NCBI GenBank assembly: GCA_018883885.1 | Contig: JAHLFH010000012.1 | Span: 45,064 to 109,063, forward strand | DNA from: Candidatus Faecalibacterium intestinavium | GTDB taxonomy: Bacteria > Bacillota > Clostridia > Oscillospirales > Ruminococcaceae | Reading direction: 5' to 3' | Length of the DNA: 64,000 bases | Shown here: positions 19,481-31,560 of the stretch, piece after piece | Layout of the letters: the number at the start of each line of letters is the position of its first letter | Numbering within the stretch: the first letter of the stretch is position 1 | The notes under the pieces: generated by a model | The model's database searches: none | Seen by the model: the letters and a program-made list of their open reading frames with translations, nothing else | Told to the model about the DNA's origin: nothing | Position numbers and translations under genes: made by a program

Positions 19481-20344
19481 ATGGAACTGTTGATCGTAAG
19501 CGGGCTGTCCGGCGCAGGAAAATCGGTTGCAATGAATGCGCTGGAGGATATCGGATATTTTTGCATGGACAACATCCCGGCGGGGCTTCTGCCCCGGATC
19601 GTGGCTTTTTCCAAGGCGGGCGACAACCAGCTGGCCCGTGTGGCAATTTCGATGGATGTTCGGGGCTGCCGCACCGGCGAGGAGATTCGCAGCGCCCTGG
19701 AACAGCTGGACCTGCACAAAATTCCATATCATATCCTGTTTCTGGACGCATCGGACGATGTGCTTTGCCGCCGCTACAAGGAGACCCGCCGCCGCCATCC
19801 CATCAGCATCGCCGAAGGGGTTCCGACCATGGAGGCTCTCGCGCAGGAGAGAGAAATCCTCAAGCCTCTGTCCCGGCGGGCGGACTATGTGATCGACACA
19901 TCCCTTTTGTCTACGGCCCAGAATCGGGAACGAATTTGCAGCCTGTTTTTGCCCCGCGGGGATGCCCGGGCGGCGATGCTTCTGACCGTGATGTCCTTCG
20001 GCTTTAAATTTGGACTGCCGCAGGAGGCCGACCTTGTGCTGGATGTGCGGTGTCTGCCCAACCCCTATTATGTGCCCGAACTCAAGCACAAGACCGGTCT
20101 GGACCAGGAAGTGGTGGATTATGTGATGCGCTTTGAGGAATCGGGAGAGCTTCTTCGCCGGATTGAGAGTTTTCTGGAATATGCGCTTCCTCTCTATGTA
20201 AAGGAGGGCAAAAGCCAGCTGACCATTGCGGTGGGCTGCACGGGCGGCAAGCACCGCTCCATCACGTTTGCGCGGAAGATCGCCGAGTATTGCGACAAGC
20301 TGGGCTATGCGCCTACCGTACAGCATCGGGACGCCGTCCGGTGA
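19481..20344 (+). CDS. rapZ: RNase adapter RapZ / YvcJ P-loop protein
   Basis: GLSGAGKS, ETRRRHP, SFGFKFG, DVRCLPNP, GCTGGKHRS. Confidence 0.95.
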   Translation: MELLIVSGLSGAGKSVAMNALEDIGYFCMDNIPAGLLPRIVAFSKAGDNQLARVAISMDVRGCRTGEEIRSALEQLDLHKIPYHILFLDASDDVLCRRYKETRRRHPISIAEGVPTMEALAQEREILKPLSRRADYVIDTSLLSTAQNRERICSLFLPRGDARAAMLLTVMSFGFKFGLPQEADLVLDVRCLPNPYYVPELKHKTGLDQEVVDYVMRFEESGELLRRIESFLEYALPLYVKEGKSQLTIAVGCTGGKHRSITFARKIAEYCDKLGYAPTVQHRDAVR

Positions 20345-20375
20345 GTTTATTTTGAGAGAAAAGAGGACCCAAGCC

Positions 20376-21323
20376 ATGAGCTTTGCTTCCGAGGCGCGGG
20401 AGGAAATCGTCGCACGCAGCATCCAAAAGGAGTGCTGCGTCCGCGCGGCCTGCTACGGCGTGGCCTGTTTTGCAAAATATTTCGACGCCCGCGGCCTTGT
20501 TTTTCAGACGGAGCAGCAAAAAACCGCAGAGTATGCAAAGGAAATGTTTGCCCGCTGCGGGGTCAGGGGCAGCGTCACAGAAAAATGCCGCCCCAGCGGA
20601 ACCGTCTATGAATTCGCCATCCGGGAGCCGTCCGAGGTTGCGCAGATGCACGCCCTGTTTGGAACCACCGGGGAGGAGACGAGCATACAGATCGACCCGG
20701 CGCTTCTCCGATGCAGGGGGTGCGTCAGCGCTTACGTCGGCTCGGCGTTTCTTTGCAGCGGCACGGTGACCGACCCGCAGAAGGAATACAATCTGGAGGT
20801 TCTGACGCCGCGCACCAATCTTGCGCGGGATTTCGAGGCCCTGCTGGCGGAACATGAATTTGCGCCCCACCGCACCCGGCGCAAAAGCATCAACCTGATT
20901 TATGTCAAAGCCAGCGCCAATGTGGAAGCGCTGCTGGCTTTTATGGGGGCGGAAGAAGCCGCCCGAAAGATTGGGAGCGAAAAAGCGGTCAAATCCGTCC
21001 GCAATCAGGTCAACCGCTTTACCAACTGCGAGACTGCCAACCTGAGCAAGACCATCCGGGCCAACGCCCAAACCCTGAAGGCAATTCGCTATCTTGAACA
21101 GCAGGGGGCGCTGGACGCTCTGCCCGACTCCCTGCGGGAGGCTGCCGAAAAGCGGCTGGAATTCCCGGAGCTCTCTTTGGGGGCGCTGTGCAGCCGGTTT
21201 GACCCCGCGCTGAGCAAATCCGGGCTTTCACACCGGATGAAAAAACTGGAAGGCCTGGCGCAGCAGCTGCAAGCCCGGGCGGAACAGAAAGAAACGGAGG
21301 AGCTCAATGGACAACCAGTCTGA
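20376..21323 (+). CDS. whiA: DNA-binding protein WhiA
   Basis: MSFASE, GTVTDP, RNQVNRFTNCETANL, SKSGLSHR. Confidence 0.93.
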   Translation: MSFASEAREEIVARSIQKECCVRAACYGVACFAKYFDARGLVFQTEQQKTAEYAKEMFARCGVRGSVTEKCRPSGTVYEFAIREPSEVAQMHALFGTTGEETSIQIDPALLRCRGCVSAYVGSAFLCSGTVTDPQKEYNLEVLTPRTNLARDFEALLAEHEFAPHRTRRKSINLIYVKASANVEALLAFMGAEEAARKIGSEKAVKSVRNQVNRFTNCETANLSKTIRANAQTLKAIRYLEQQGALDALPDSLREAAEKRLEFPELSLGALCSRFDPALSKSGLSHRMKKLEGLAQQLQARAEQKETEELNGQPV

Positions 21324-24300
21324 GCGCAGCTTTGTGCATCTGCATCTGCACACGGAATACAGCCTGCTGGACGGCGCCTGCCGAATCGACCAATTGATGG
21401 ACCGGGTCAAAGAGTGCGGGCAGACGGCTGTGGCCTGCACCGACCATGGGGTAATGTACGGCTGCGTACAATTCTACAAAGCGGCCAAAAAGGCGGGCGT
21501 CAAGCCCATCATCGGCTGCGAAGTCTATGTAGCCACCCGTACCCGGTTCGACAAGGTGAACCGCATCGACGGCAACAACCACCTGATTCTGTTGTGCAAA
21601 AACGAGACAGGGTACAAAAACCTCATCAAAATGGTTTCGGCGGCCTTCATCCAGGGCTTTTATTCCAAACCCCGGGTGGACAAGCAGCTGCTGGAGCAGT
21701 ATCACGAGGGGCTGATCTGCCTTTCCGCCTGCCTGGCGGGGGAAATTCCCCAGGCAATCCTTGCCGGGGATTATGAGAGGGCAAAGGCTTCGGCCCTCTG
21801 GTACAACGACCTGTTCGGGCAGGGCAATTATTATATTGAATTGCAGGACCACGGCCTGGAAGAAGACGAGATCGTTTTGCCCCAGCTGATTCGCCTGGCC
21901 CGCGAAACCGGCATCCCCATGGCGGCCACCAACGACGCCCACTATCTGCGCAGGGAGGACTCGAAGATGCAGAGCATCCTGCTCTGCATCCAGACCGGCA
22001 AAACCATTCAGGATGCCGACAAGATGGAATTCCAGACCGATGAATTCTACGTCAAGACCACCGAGGAAATGTACGAGCTTTTTTCGATGGTCCCGGAGGC
22101 CTGCTCCAACACGGCAAAAATTGCGGAACAGTGCAGCTTTGACTTTGATTTCGGCCACACCAAAATTCCCTATTACAAGGCCCCGGACGGGATGGACAAT
22201 CAGGCCTACTTCGAAATGCTCTGCTGGGAGGGCCTCGAGCGCCGTTACGGCCCCGATGTGCCTCAGGCCAACCGTGACCGGCTGGAATATGAGATCGGCG
22301 TAATCAAGTCGATGGGGTATACCAACTATTACCTGATCGTCTTTGATTACATCAACTATGCAAAGAGCCAGAACATCCCGGTCGGCCCGGGCCGAGGGTC
22401 GGGCGCGGGCAGCATCGCCGCCTACTGCGTCGGAATCACCGACATCGACCCCATCCGCTACCACCTGATCTTCGAGCGATTCCTCAATCCGGAGCGGGTG
22501 AGTATGCCGGATTTCGACGTGGACTTCTGCTATGAGCGCCGTCAGGAGGTCATCGACTATGTAAACCGGAAATACGGCGCGGACCATGTTGCGCAGATCG
22601 TGACCTTTGGGACCATGGCAGCCCGGAACGCCATCCGCGACGTGGGGCGGGTGATGGGGATGTCCTATCAGAGCGTCGACGTGGTGGCAAAGCTGGTGCC
22701 CATGGAACTCAAAATGACCATCAAGAGGGCGCTGGAGGTTTCGTCCGAACTCAAGCGGATGTACGACGGCGACCCCCAGGTCAAAGAGCTGGTGGATACC
22801 GCCCTCAAGGTGGAGGGAATGCCCCGCCATGCCTCGACCCATGCGGCTGGCGTGGTCATCACGCCGGAGGCGACCGATCATTATCTCCCGCTGGCCACCA
22901 ACGACGGCCTGCCGGTCACCCAGTTCAATATGACCGAAATCGAGGAACTGGGCCTTCTCAAAATGGATTTTCTGGGCCTGCGGACGCTGACCGTGATCCG
23001 GGACGCGGAGACGGCCGTCCAGGCCCGGGAACCGGATTTTTCGATGGAACATCTGGACTATGACGATGCGGCGACCTATGCCATGCTGGGGCAGGGCGAA
23101 ACCGAAGGCGTGTTCCAGCTGGAATCTTCGGGCATGAAGCAGGTCCTCGTCGGCCTTCAGCCGCAGAATCTGGAAGATATCATCGCTTTAATCAGCCTTT
23201 ACCGGCCCGGCCCGATGGATTCCATTCCGACGTACCTGCGCAACCGCCACGAGCCGGATAAGATCCGGTACAAAACCCCGCAGCTGGCCCATATTCTGGA
23301 CGTGACCAACGGCTGTATCGTCTACCAGGAACAGGTCATGCAGATTTTCCGGGAGCTGGCGGGTTTTTCCTTTGGGCAGGCAGACAATGTCCGCCGCGCC
23401 ATGAGCAAGAAAAAGCACGCGGTCATGGAAGCCGAACGGGAGCATTTTATCCATGGCTGTACCGAACCCGGCCACGAATGCCCGGGCTGCGTTGCCAACG
23501 GCATTTCCGAGGCGGTGGCCAATGAGATCTACGACGAAATGTCCAGCTTTGCCTCCTATGCCTTCAACAAGAGCCACGCCGCCTGCTATGCCTACGTCGC
23601 TTACCAGACGGCCTATCTGAAGTGCCACTACCCGTCCGAGTTCATGGCGGCGCTGATGACCAGCGTTCTGGACAATACCGACAAGGTCATCGAATATTCC
23701 AGTGAGTGCGCACGGCTGGGGATCAAAGTCCTGCCGCCGGAGATCAACATCTCGGGCGGCGGCTTTACCGTGGATGAAAAAGGCCAGATCCGGTTTGGGC
23801 TGAATGCCGTCAAAAACGTCGGGCGGAACCTGATTGAGAAGGTTGTTTCCGAGCGGCAGAAAAAACCGTTTGCAGGTCTTTATGACTTCTGCAAACGGAT
23901 GCACGGCAACGAGCTGAACCGCCGGGCGGTGGAAAGCCTCATCAAAGCCGGTGCGTTTGACGGCATGGGCGCAAACCGCCGCAGTCTGATGGAGGCGGTG
24001 GAGGGCATCCTGAAAAGCGTGGAGAGTGACGCGCGGTTTAATCTGGAGGGCCAGCTCGATCTCTTTTCGGCTCTGGAAGGGGCAGGGAAGACCGTCCCGG
24101 AGAGCGACGGCTACGAAATCAAGCCTTTTGCGGAGTATACCCACGGGGAACTCCTCCAGATGGAAAAGGAGGTCAGCGGCCTTTATCTGTCCGGCCATCC
24201 GCTGGATGCTTACAAAGAGCAGTCCCGGCAGTTTGCGACTCATTCCATCAAGGAACTCACGGGAGAGGACAGCCACAAACTGGACGAAGCCAGGGTGCGG

Positions 24301-24804
24301 ATCGTCTGCACCATTGTCAAAAACCGGATGATGACCACAAAATCCAACAGCATCATGTGCTTTACCAGCGTGGAGGACCTGACGGGTACGCTGGAAGTGA
24401 TCGTCTTTCCCCGTGTGCTGGAAACTTACCGCGATGTTCTGATTGAAAACGCCGTCGTCGTGATCGAGGGAAGATTGTCGGTCCGTGAGGACGAACCGGC
24501 CAAGCTGATGGCGGATCTGATTGTGCCCATCGAGCGATACCGCGGGCCGGAGCAGGCGCCGGCGCCGCCCGCCCCTCCCCAGGGCGAAAAAATCTATATC
24601 CGTCTGCCGTCCCGTTCCTGCCGGGAATACGACAAGGTCATCAATCTTCTGGAAATTTTTGACGGAAACACTCCTGTGATCCTCTATTTGAGCGATACAA
24701 AACAGAAGCTGGCTGTGCCCCGAAGGCTGTATGCTTCCGGCCATCCGATGCTGTATCAGGAGCTGGAAAACCTCCTGGGAGCAGGCAATGTTGCAACAAA
24801 ATGA
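21307..24804 (+). CDS. dnaE: DNA polymerase III alpha subunit
   Basis: HLHLHTEYSLLDG PHP domain, GPGRGS, FERFLNPER, MPDFDVDF, YAFNKSH. Confidence 0.98.
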   Translation: MDNQSERSFVHLHLHTEYSLLDGACRIDQLMDRVKECGQTAVACTDHGVMYGCVQFYKAAKKAGVKPIIGCEVYVATRTRFDKVNRIDGNNHLILLCKNETGYKNLIKMVSAAFIQGFYSKPRVDKQLLEQYHEGLICLSACLAGEIPQAILAGDYERAKASALWYNDLFGQGNYYIELQDHGLEEDEIVLPQLIRLARETGIPMAATNDAHYLRREDSKMQSILLCIQTGKTIQDADKMEFQTDEFYVKTTEEMYELFSMVPEACSNTAKIAEQCSFDFDFGHTKIPYYKAPDGMDNQAYFEMLCWEGLERRYGPDVPQANRDRLEYEIGVIKSMGYTNYYLIVFDYINYAKSQNIPVGPGRGSGAGSIAAYCVGITDIDPIRYHLIFERFLNPERVSMPDFDVDFCYERRQEVIDYVNRKYGADHVAQIVTFGTMAARNAIRDVGRVMGMSYQSVDVVAKLVPMELKMTIKRALEVSSELKRMYDGDPQVKELVDTALKVEGMPRHASTHAAGVVITPEATDHYLPLATNDGLPVTQFNMTEIEELGLLKMDFLGLRTLTVIRDAETAVQAREPDFSMEHLDYDDAATYAMLGQGETEGVFQLESSGMKQVLVGLQPQNLEDIIALISLYRPGPMDSIPTYLRNRHEPDKIRYKTPQLAHILDVTNGCIVYQEQVMQIFRELAGFSFGQADNVRRAMSKKKHAVMEAEREHFIHGCTEPGHECPGCVANGISEAVANEIYDEMSSFASYAFNKSHAACYAYVAYQTAYLKCHYPSEFMAALMTSVLDNTDKVIEYSSECARLGIKVLPPEINISGGGFTVDEKGQIRFGLNAVKNVGRNLIEKVVSERQKKPFAGLYDFCKRMHGNELNRRAVESLIKAGAFDGMGANRRSLMEAVEGILKSVESDARFNLEGQLDLFSALEGAGKTVPESDGYEIKPFAEYTHGELLQMEKEVSGLYLSGHPLDAYKEQSRQFATHSIKELTGEDSHKLDEARVRIVCTIVKNRMMTTKSNSIMCFTSVEDLTGTLEVIVFPRVLETYRDVLIENAVVVIEGRLSVREDEPAKLMADLIVPIERYRGPEQAPAPPAPPQGEKIYIRLPSRSCREYDKVINLLEIFDGNTPVILYLSDTKQKLAVPRRLYASGHPMLYQELENLLGAGNVATK

Positions 24805-24837
24805 CATTTCTGTGAATGAATCGTGCCGGGTGACCTG

Positions 24838-24866
24838 TTCCCAAATCCAAGGGAATGTGCTATAAT
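24838..24866 (+). promoter_or_regulatory. SigA promoter of pfkA
   Basis: TTCCCA-N17-TATAAT with TG extension. Confidence 0.65.
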
Positions 24867-25032
24867 ATCTGCATAAACAGATTCACAATCATGGTGCGGT
24901 GCGGCAATCCGGCAGGGCAGCCTGCGAAAAGCTTGGCAGGGCTTTGCGCAACAGGCGCTTTGGCGGACGCATCGGGAAGCCAGGGATTGTAAAACAGGGA
25001 AATGACAGAGTTTAATGGAGGGTTCTTCTACT

Positions 25033-26007
25033 ATGGAAAAGCAAATCAAAACCATTGGCGTGCTGACCAGCGGCGGCGATGCCCCTGGTATGAATGCGGC
25101 GGTGCGGGCTGTCGTCCGTACCGGCCTGAACAAGGGCTACCGCATGATCGGCATCCAGCGGGGTTACAACGGCCTGCTGAACGGTGAGTGCTTTGAAATG
25201 AATCTGCGGAGCGTTTCCAATATCATTCAGTCCGGCGGCACGATCCTTTACACAGCCCGCTGCCTTGAGTTCAAGACCAAGGAAGGTCAGGACAAGGGCG
25301 CTGCCAAGTGCCGTGAGCTGGGAATCGACGCGCTGGTGGTCATCGGCGGCGACGGCTCTTACCGCGGCGCACGTCAGCTGGCGCACCGCGGCATCCCCAT
25401 GATCGGCCTGCCCGGCACGATTGACAATGACATCGGCTGCACGGAATATACCATCGGCTATGACACCGCCATGAACACTGCGATTGAGATGATCGACAAG
25501 CTGCGGGATACCACCCAGAGCCACGACCGCTGCAGCGTCGTCGAGGTTATGGGCCGCAACGCCGGGTATATTGCCCTGAACGTCGCCATCGCCTCGGGCG
25601 CTATGGCGGTTCTGCTGCCGGAAAAGCCCTTCGATATGCAGCGGGATATTCTGGACAAGATCGCCAAGACCCAGAAGACGGGCAAGCGTCACTTTATTAT
25701 TATTGTTGCAGAGGGCGTGGGCCATGCACAGGAGATCGCCAACGAGATCCAGGCCCGCACCGGCATTGATTCCCGCGCCACCATTCTGGGTCACGTCCAG
25801 CGCGGTGGTTCTCCCACCCTGCGGGACCGCGTCAATGCGTCGGCCATGGGCTATCGCGCCGTCTGCCTGATTGACGAAGGAAAATACAACCGGATTGTCG
25901 GTATGGAAGGGGAGCGTCTGGTGGATTACCCCGTCGACGAGGCTCTGGAGATGACCAAGTCTCTTGACCCGGTTCTGCTGGATGTCTGCAACACCATTTC
26001 GATCTAA
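25033..26007 (+). CDS. pfkA: ATP-dependent 6-phosphofructokinase
   Basis: TSGGDAPGMN, GGDGS, PGTIDND, EVMGR, LGHVQRGG. Confidence 0.98.
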   Translation: MEKQIKTIGVLTSGGDAPGMNAAVRAVVRTGLNKGYRMIGIQRGYNGLLNGECFEMNLRSVSNIIQSGGTILYTARCLEFKTKEGQDKGAAKCRELGIDALVVIGGDGSYRGARQLAHRGIPMIGLPGTIDNDIGCTEYTIGYDTAMNTAIEMIDKLRDTTQSHDRCSVVEVMGRNAGYIALNVAIASGAMAVLLPEKPFDMQRDILDKIAKTQKTGKRHFIIIVAEGVGHAQEIANEIQARTGIDSRATILGHVQRGGSPTLRDRVNASAMGYRAVCLIDEGKYNRIVGMEGERLVDYPVDEALEMTKSLDPVLLDVCNTISI

Positions 26008-26015
26008 ACGGCTAA

Positions 26016-28157
<2,142 letters not shown>

Positions 28158-28252
28158 GGCGGCGGCTCTGGCGATACAGCGCCTTTTCAAAAACAAACGA
28201 TGATGCAATAGAGTTTCCGACTTTAATTTCCAAAAAATGGCAATTTTTGCTG

Positions 28253-28281
28253 TTGAAGTAATTGGTAAAATATGGTAAAAT
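28253..28281 (+). promoter_or_regulatory. SigA promoter of spo0A
   Basis: TTGAAG-N17-TAAAAT with TG extension. Confidence 0.6.
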
Positions 28282-28322
28282 CCATTGTGTTAAGGGAACC
28301 GCACACATTGGAGGAAAGAACC

Positions 28323-29081
28323 ATGGACAAAATAAGATTTTTGATGTCGGATACCGGAGCTGAAATCACTGCTCTGTGCCGTGAGGCACTGGAGCAGAAG
28401 GGCGTTGAAGTCACTGTCGTGGAAAAAGATGGACTGAAAGTTTTGCAGAAGATGCTCTCGATCCGCCCGCAGGTCGTTCTGCTGGACGCCTTTATGCCGG
28501 GGCTGGACGCGCTCACCGTGAAGCAGCGATACAATGCGGCAGGGGAGCGCCGAACCTCCTTTTTCGTAACGGGTGCGTTCCAGAGCGAGGAAATGGTGCA
28601 GGAGCTGCTGGACGAAGGGTTCTCGTATTATTTTGTGAAGCCCTTCGACGAGAATGTTCTGGTCAGCCGGGTGCTCAAAGCTGCGTCCGGCCATGAGCAC
28701 CGGGTGCTGCACAACAGCGTGGACAGCGACGAACTGACCGTTACGGAGATTCTTCATCAGATCGGCGTTCCCGCCCATATCAAGGGCTATCAATTTCTGC
28801 GGGATGCCATCCTTCTGACCATGGATGAGCCGGATTACATCAATGCGGTCACCAAACGGCTCTACCCGGCCATAGCGAAGCGAAACGGGACGACGGCCAG
28901 CCGGGTAGAGCGTGCAATCCGCCACGCCATCGAAGTGGCCTGGGACCGGGGCGATGTGGACACCCTCAACAGCTATTTCGGCTACACCATCCACAATCTG
29001 CGTGGCAAACCCACCAACAGCGAGTTTATCGCCATGATTGCAGACAAAATGCGGCTGGATAAAAAGCAGCGGGTGGGCTAA
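28323..29081 (+). CDS. spo0A: Sporulation master regulator Spo0A
   Basis: IGVPAHIKGY, TKRLYP, ASRVERAIRHAIEVAW, KPTNSEFIA. Confidence 0.96.
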   Translation: MDKIRFLMSDTGAEITALCREALEQKGVEVTVVEKDGLKVLQKMLSIRPQVVLLDAFMPGLDALTVKQRYNAAGERRTSFFVTGAFQSEEMVQELLDEGFSYYFVKPFDENVLVSRVLKAASGHEHRVLHNSVDSDELTVTEILHQIGVPAHIKGYQFLRDAILLTMDEPDYINAVTKRLYPAIAKRNGTTASRVERAIRHAIEVAWDRGDVDTLNSYFGYTIHNLRGKPTNSEFIAMIADKMRLDKKQRVG

Positions 29082-29121
29082 ACGGCGGGCGCCGCCATGC
29101 TGATATTTTTTCGTTTTCCTC

Positions 29122-29149
29122 TTGCGTTTTTCCAAAATCGTGATATAAT
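29122..29149 (+). promoter_or_regulatory. SigA promoter of rpmE
   Basis: TTGCGT-N16-TATAAT with TG extension. Confidence 0.7.
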
Positions 29150-29155
29150 GTTACA

Positions 29156-29260
29156 GCAATCGTTTCCAAGGCCGCTCGAGGGGGTAGCCGAAATTGAAGG
29201 TTGTGATGGGCACATACATCGAATATGGCCCCAGTACGTCAGAACCAGAAATGAGGTGAA
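29156..29260 (+). promoter_or_regulatory. Structured 5' leader of rpmE (candidate L31 autoregulatory leader)
   Basis: GGTTgTGATG pairs with CGTCAgAACC, enclosing a GGGC..CATA/TATG..GCCC hairpin just before the RBS. Confidence 0.45.
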
Positions 29261-29264
29261 AAGA

Positions 29265-29465
29265 ATGAAACAGGGTATCCATCCGAATTACGTTGACTGC
29301 ACTATCACCTGCGCGTGCGGCAATGTGATCAAGACTCGTTCCACCAAGCCTGAGATCCACGTCGAAGTTTGCTCCAAGTGCCACCCCTTCTATACGGGCA
29401 AGCAGAAGCTGGTCGACACCGGCGGACGTGTTGAGCGCTTCAACAAGCGTTTTGGCCGTAAGTAA
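29265..29465 (+). CDS. rpmE: 50S ribosomal protein L31 (zinc-binding type)
   Basis: [29 protein letters not shown]. Confidence 0.98.
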   Translation: MKQGIHPNYVDCTITCACGNVIKTRSTKPEIHVEVCSKCHPFYTGKQKLVDTGGRVERFNKRFGRK

Positions 29466-29481
29466 TTTGGCTCAAAGTATC

Positions 29482-29519
29482 GCGCCGTTTCCTGATTTGT
29501 CGGGAAACGGCGCTTTTTT
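29482..29519 (+). terminator. Intrinsic terminator of rpmE
   Basis: GCGCCGTTTCCTGA/TCGGGAAACGGCGC plus T6. Confidence 0.85.
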
Positions 29520-29667
29520 AATGCTCCTGCAAAGGGGCGTCCAAATTTAACACCCCTTTGCCTTATTTTGAACACAATTTCGGTCTAAAATAGCAGGGCC
29601 AAATGTATTTTTATGCGCAGAATGCAGCCGGAGCTGCGTTTGATTTTTTTGGAAAGGAGAAGTTTGC

Positions 29668-30666
29668 ATGATCGAAGTTTCGCATCTCACAAAAGAGTAT
29701 CATGGACGCCCGGTCATTCGGGACCTGTCCTTTACAGTGGAGGACGGCCAGATCTGCGGTCTGCTGGGCCCAAATGGCGCAGGAAAATCCACGATAATGA
29801 ATATTCTTTCCGGATATCTCTCGCCCGGGGAAGGAAGCGTAACCATAAGCGGCCATTCTTTGCCTCAGGAAGCCCGGGAGGCCCGGCGCTGCATTGGTTA
29901 TCTGCCGGAGATCCCGCCCCTGTATCCGGATATGACGGTGCAGGAATATCTTCTCTTTGCCGCCGAGCTGAAAAAAATCAAGGCCTCTGAGAGAAGGGAG
30001 CAGGTGCTCCGTGCCGCCCGGCGGACGGGGCTGGAAGACGTGATGCCCCGGCTGATTCGCAGCCTTTCAAAGGGGTACTGCCAGCGGGTTGGGATTGCGC
30101 AGGCTCTGCTGGGCAGCCCGCCCATCATCATTCTGGACGAACCCACCGTTGGGCTGGACCCGGCCCAGGTGATCGAGATCCGAACGCTGATCCGGGAACT
30201 GGCAAGACGGCATACGGTGATTCTCTCGAGCCATATTTTAAGCGAAGTGCAGGCTGTCTGCGACAAGATTCTGGTCCTTTCAAAAGGGGAGCTGGCGGCA
30301 GAAGGAACGCCGGAACAGCTGAGCCAAAAACTGGGCGCGCAGGAAATTCTGCATGTGACGGCGCTGGGCAGCCGGGACACCGTTCTGTCCGCCGTGCAGG
30401 CTATACCCGGGCTGGAAGAAGTTCAGCTGGAGCCTTCCGGCGGGGAGGGAGAAGTCAGCCTCACCGCCCGGTGTGCCGCCGGGGGAGACCAGCGGGCCGC
30501 CGTTTCCAGAGCGCTGGCAGAGGCCGGGTGTACAGTCATCGCGTTGACTTCCGAGGCCAGAAGTCTGGAAGAAATTTTCCTGGCGCTGACGGCCAGGGCT
30601 CCCGGCTCCGGCGGGGAGGCTCCGGCGGCAGACGAAAGCGACGCCTCGGGCGAAAAGGAGGAATAA
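29668..30666 (+). CDS. ABC-2 exporter ATP-binding protein (GldA-like)
   Basis: GPNGAGKST, LSKGYCQR, ILDEPTVGLDP, SSHILSE. Confidence 0.9.
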   Translation: MIEVSHLTKEYHGRPVIRDLSFTVEDGQICGLLGPNGAGKSTIMNILSGYLSPGEGSVTISGHSLPQEAREARRCIGYLPEIPPLYPDMTVQEYLLFAAELKKIKASERREQVLRAARRTGLEDVMPRLIRSLSKGYCQRVGIAQALLGSPPIIILDEPTVGLDPAQVIEIRTLIRELARRHTVILSSHILSEVQAVCDKILVLSKGELAAEGTPEQLSQKLGAQEILHVTALGSRDTVLSAVQAIPGLEEVQLEPSGGEGEVSLTARCAAGGDQRAAVSRALAEAGCTVIALTSEARSLEEIFLALTARAPGSGGEAPAADESDASGEKEE

Positions 30667-30670
30667 CAGG

Positions 30671-31543
30671 ATGCTGGCCATCTTTAAAAGAGAATTTCAT
30701 GGATTTTTTCATGGCATGATGGGCTATTTTCTGACGGCCTTTCTTGCGGCGGCATCCGGGCTGTATTTTCTGGCGCTCAACCTCGCCTACGGATTGACGG
30801 ATTTCAGCTATTATACCCTTTACCGGACCCTTTTCATGCTTTTGCTTTATATTCCGGTTCTGACGATGCGCAGCCTGGCGGAAGAACGGCGAAGCCGTAC
30901 CGATCAGCTGCTCTTGACCAGTCCGGTTTCGGTGTGGGAAATTGTGCTCGGAAAATTCTTTTCGATGTGCGCGGTTTTTGGGCTGGTCTGCCTGGTGGAT
31001 GTCATTATGATTCTGACGCTGTGGGGCCTGGGCGCGACAACTTCCTCCCTTATCGCAAATCTGGCCGGGCTGCTGTGTTACTTCCTTCTGGGATGTTCGG
31101 CCATCGCACTGGGAGAGTTTGTTTCCGGCCTGACCGAAAGTCAGATCATTGCAGCGGTGTCCAGCTTCTCGCTTTTGCTGCTTGCCTATCTGATGCCCAG
31201 TCTGCGCAGCATGTTTTACGCCGGAAGCGCGGCCTCCCTACTGGTCTTTGCCGGTCTTTCTGCCGCTGCCGCCCTGGCGGCCGGGCTGCGCAGCCGAAGC
31301 CTTGTGCTTGGCTGCGGTATCTTTACCCTGCTGTGCATGGGCCTGGCTGCATTGTTTCTGTTCCGCAGCGCCTGGCTGATCGAGGCGTGCAGCGCCGTTC
31401 TGGAGGCGCTGTGCCTGTTTATTCCCTTTGAGGACTTCGTCAACGGCAGCTTTTCGATTCCGGCGCTCCTGTATTATCTCAGCGCAATCGGCCTCTTCCT
31501 CTTTTTCTGCGGCATGAACCTTGAAAAACGCCGCTGGAACTGA
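30671..31543 (+). CDS. ABC-2 permease (GldF-like)
   Basis: MLAIFKRE, TMRSLAEERRSRTDQLLLTSP, multiple TM helices. Confidence 0.85.
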   Translation: MLAIFKREFHGFFHGMMGYFLTAFLAAASGLYFLALNLAYGLTDFSYYTLYRTLFMLLLYIPVLTMRSLAEERRSRTDQLLLTSPVSVWEIVLGKFFSMCAVFGLVCLVDVIMILTLWGLGATTSSLIANLAGLLCYFLLGCSAIALGEFVSGLTESQIIAAVSSFSLLLLAYLMPSLRSMFYAGSAASLLVFAGLSAAAALAAGLRSRSLVLGCGIFTLLCMGLAALFLFRSAWLIEACSAVLEALCLFIPFEDFVNGSFSIPALLYYLSAIGLFLFFCGMNLEKRRWN

Positions 31544-31560
31544 CCGGAAAGGAGAACCCC

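Noticed and set aside
21307-24804. Intein in DnaE
   Set aside because: Normal length and no splicing motifs seen.
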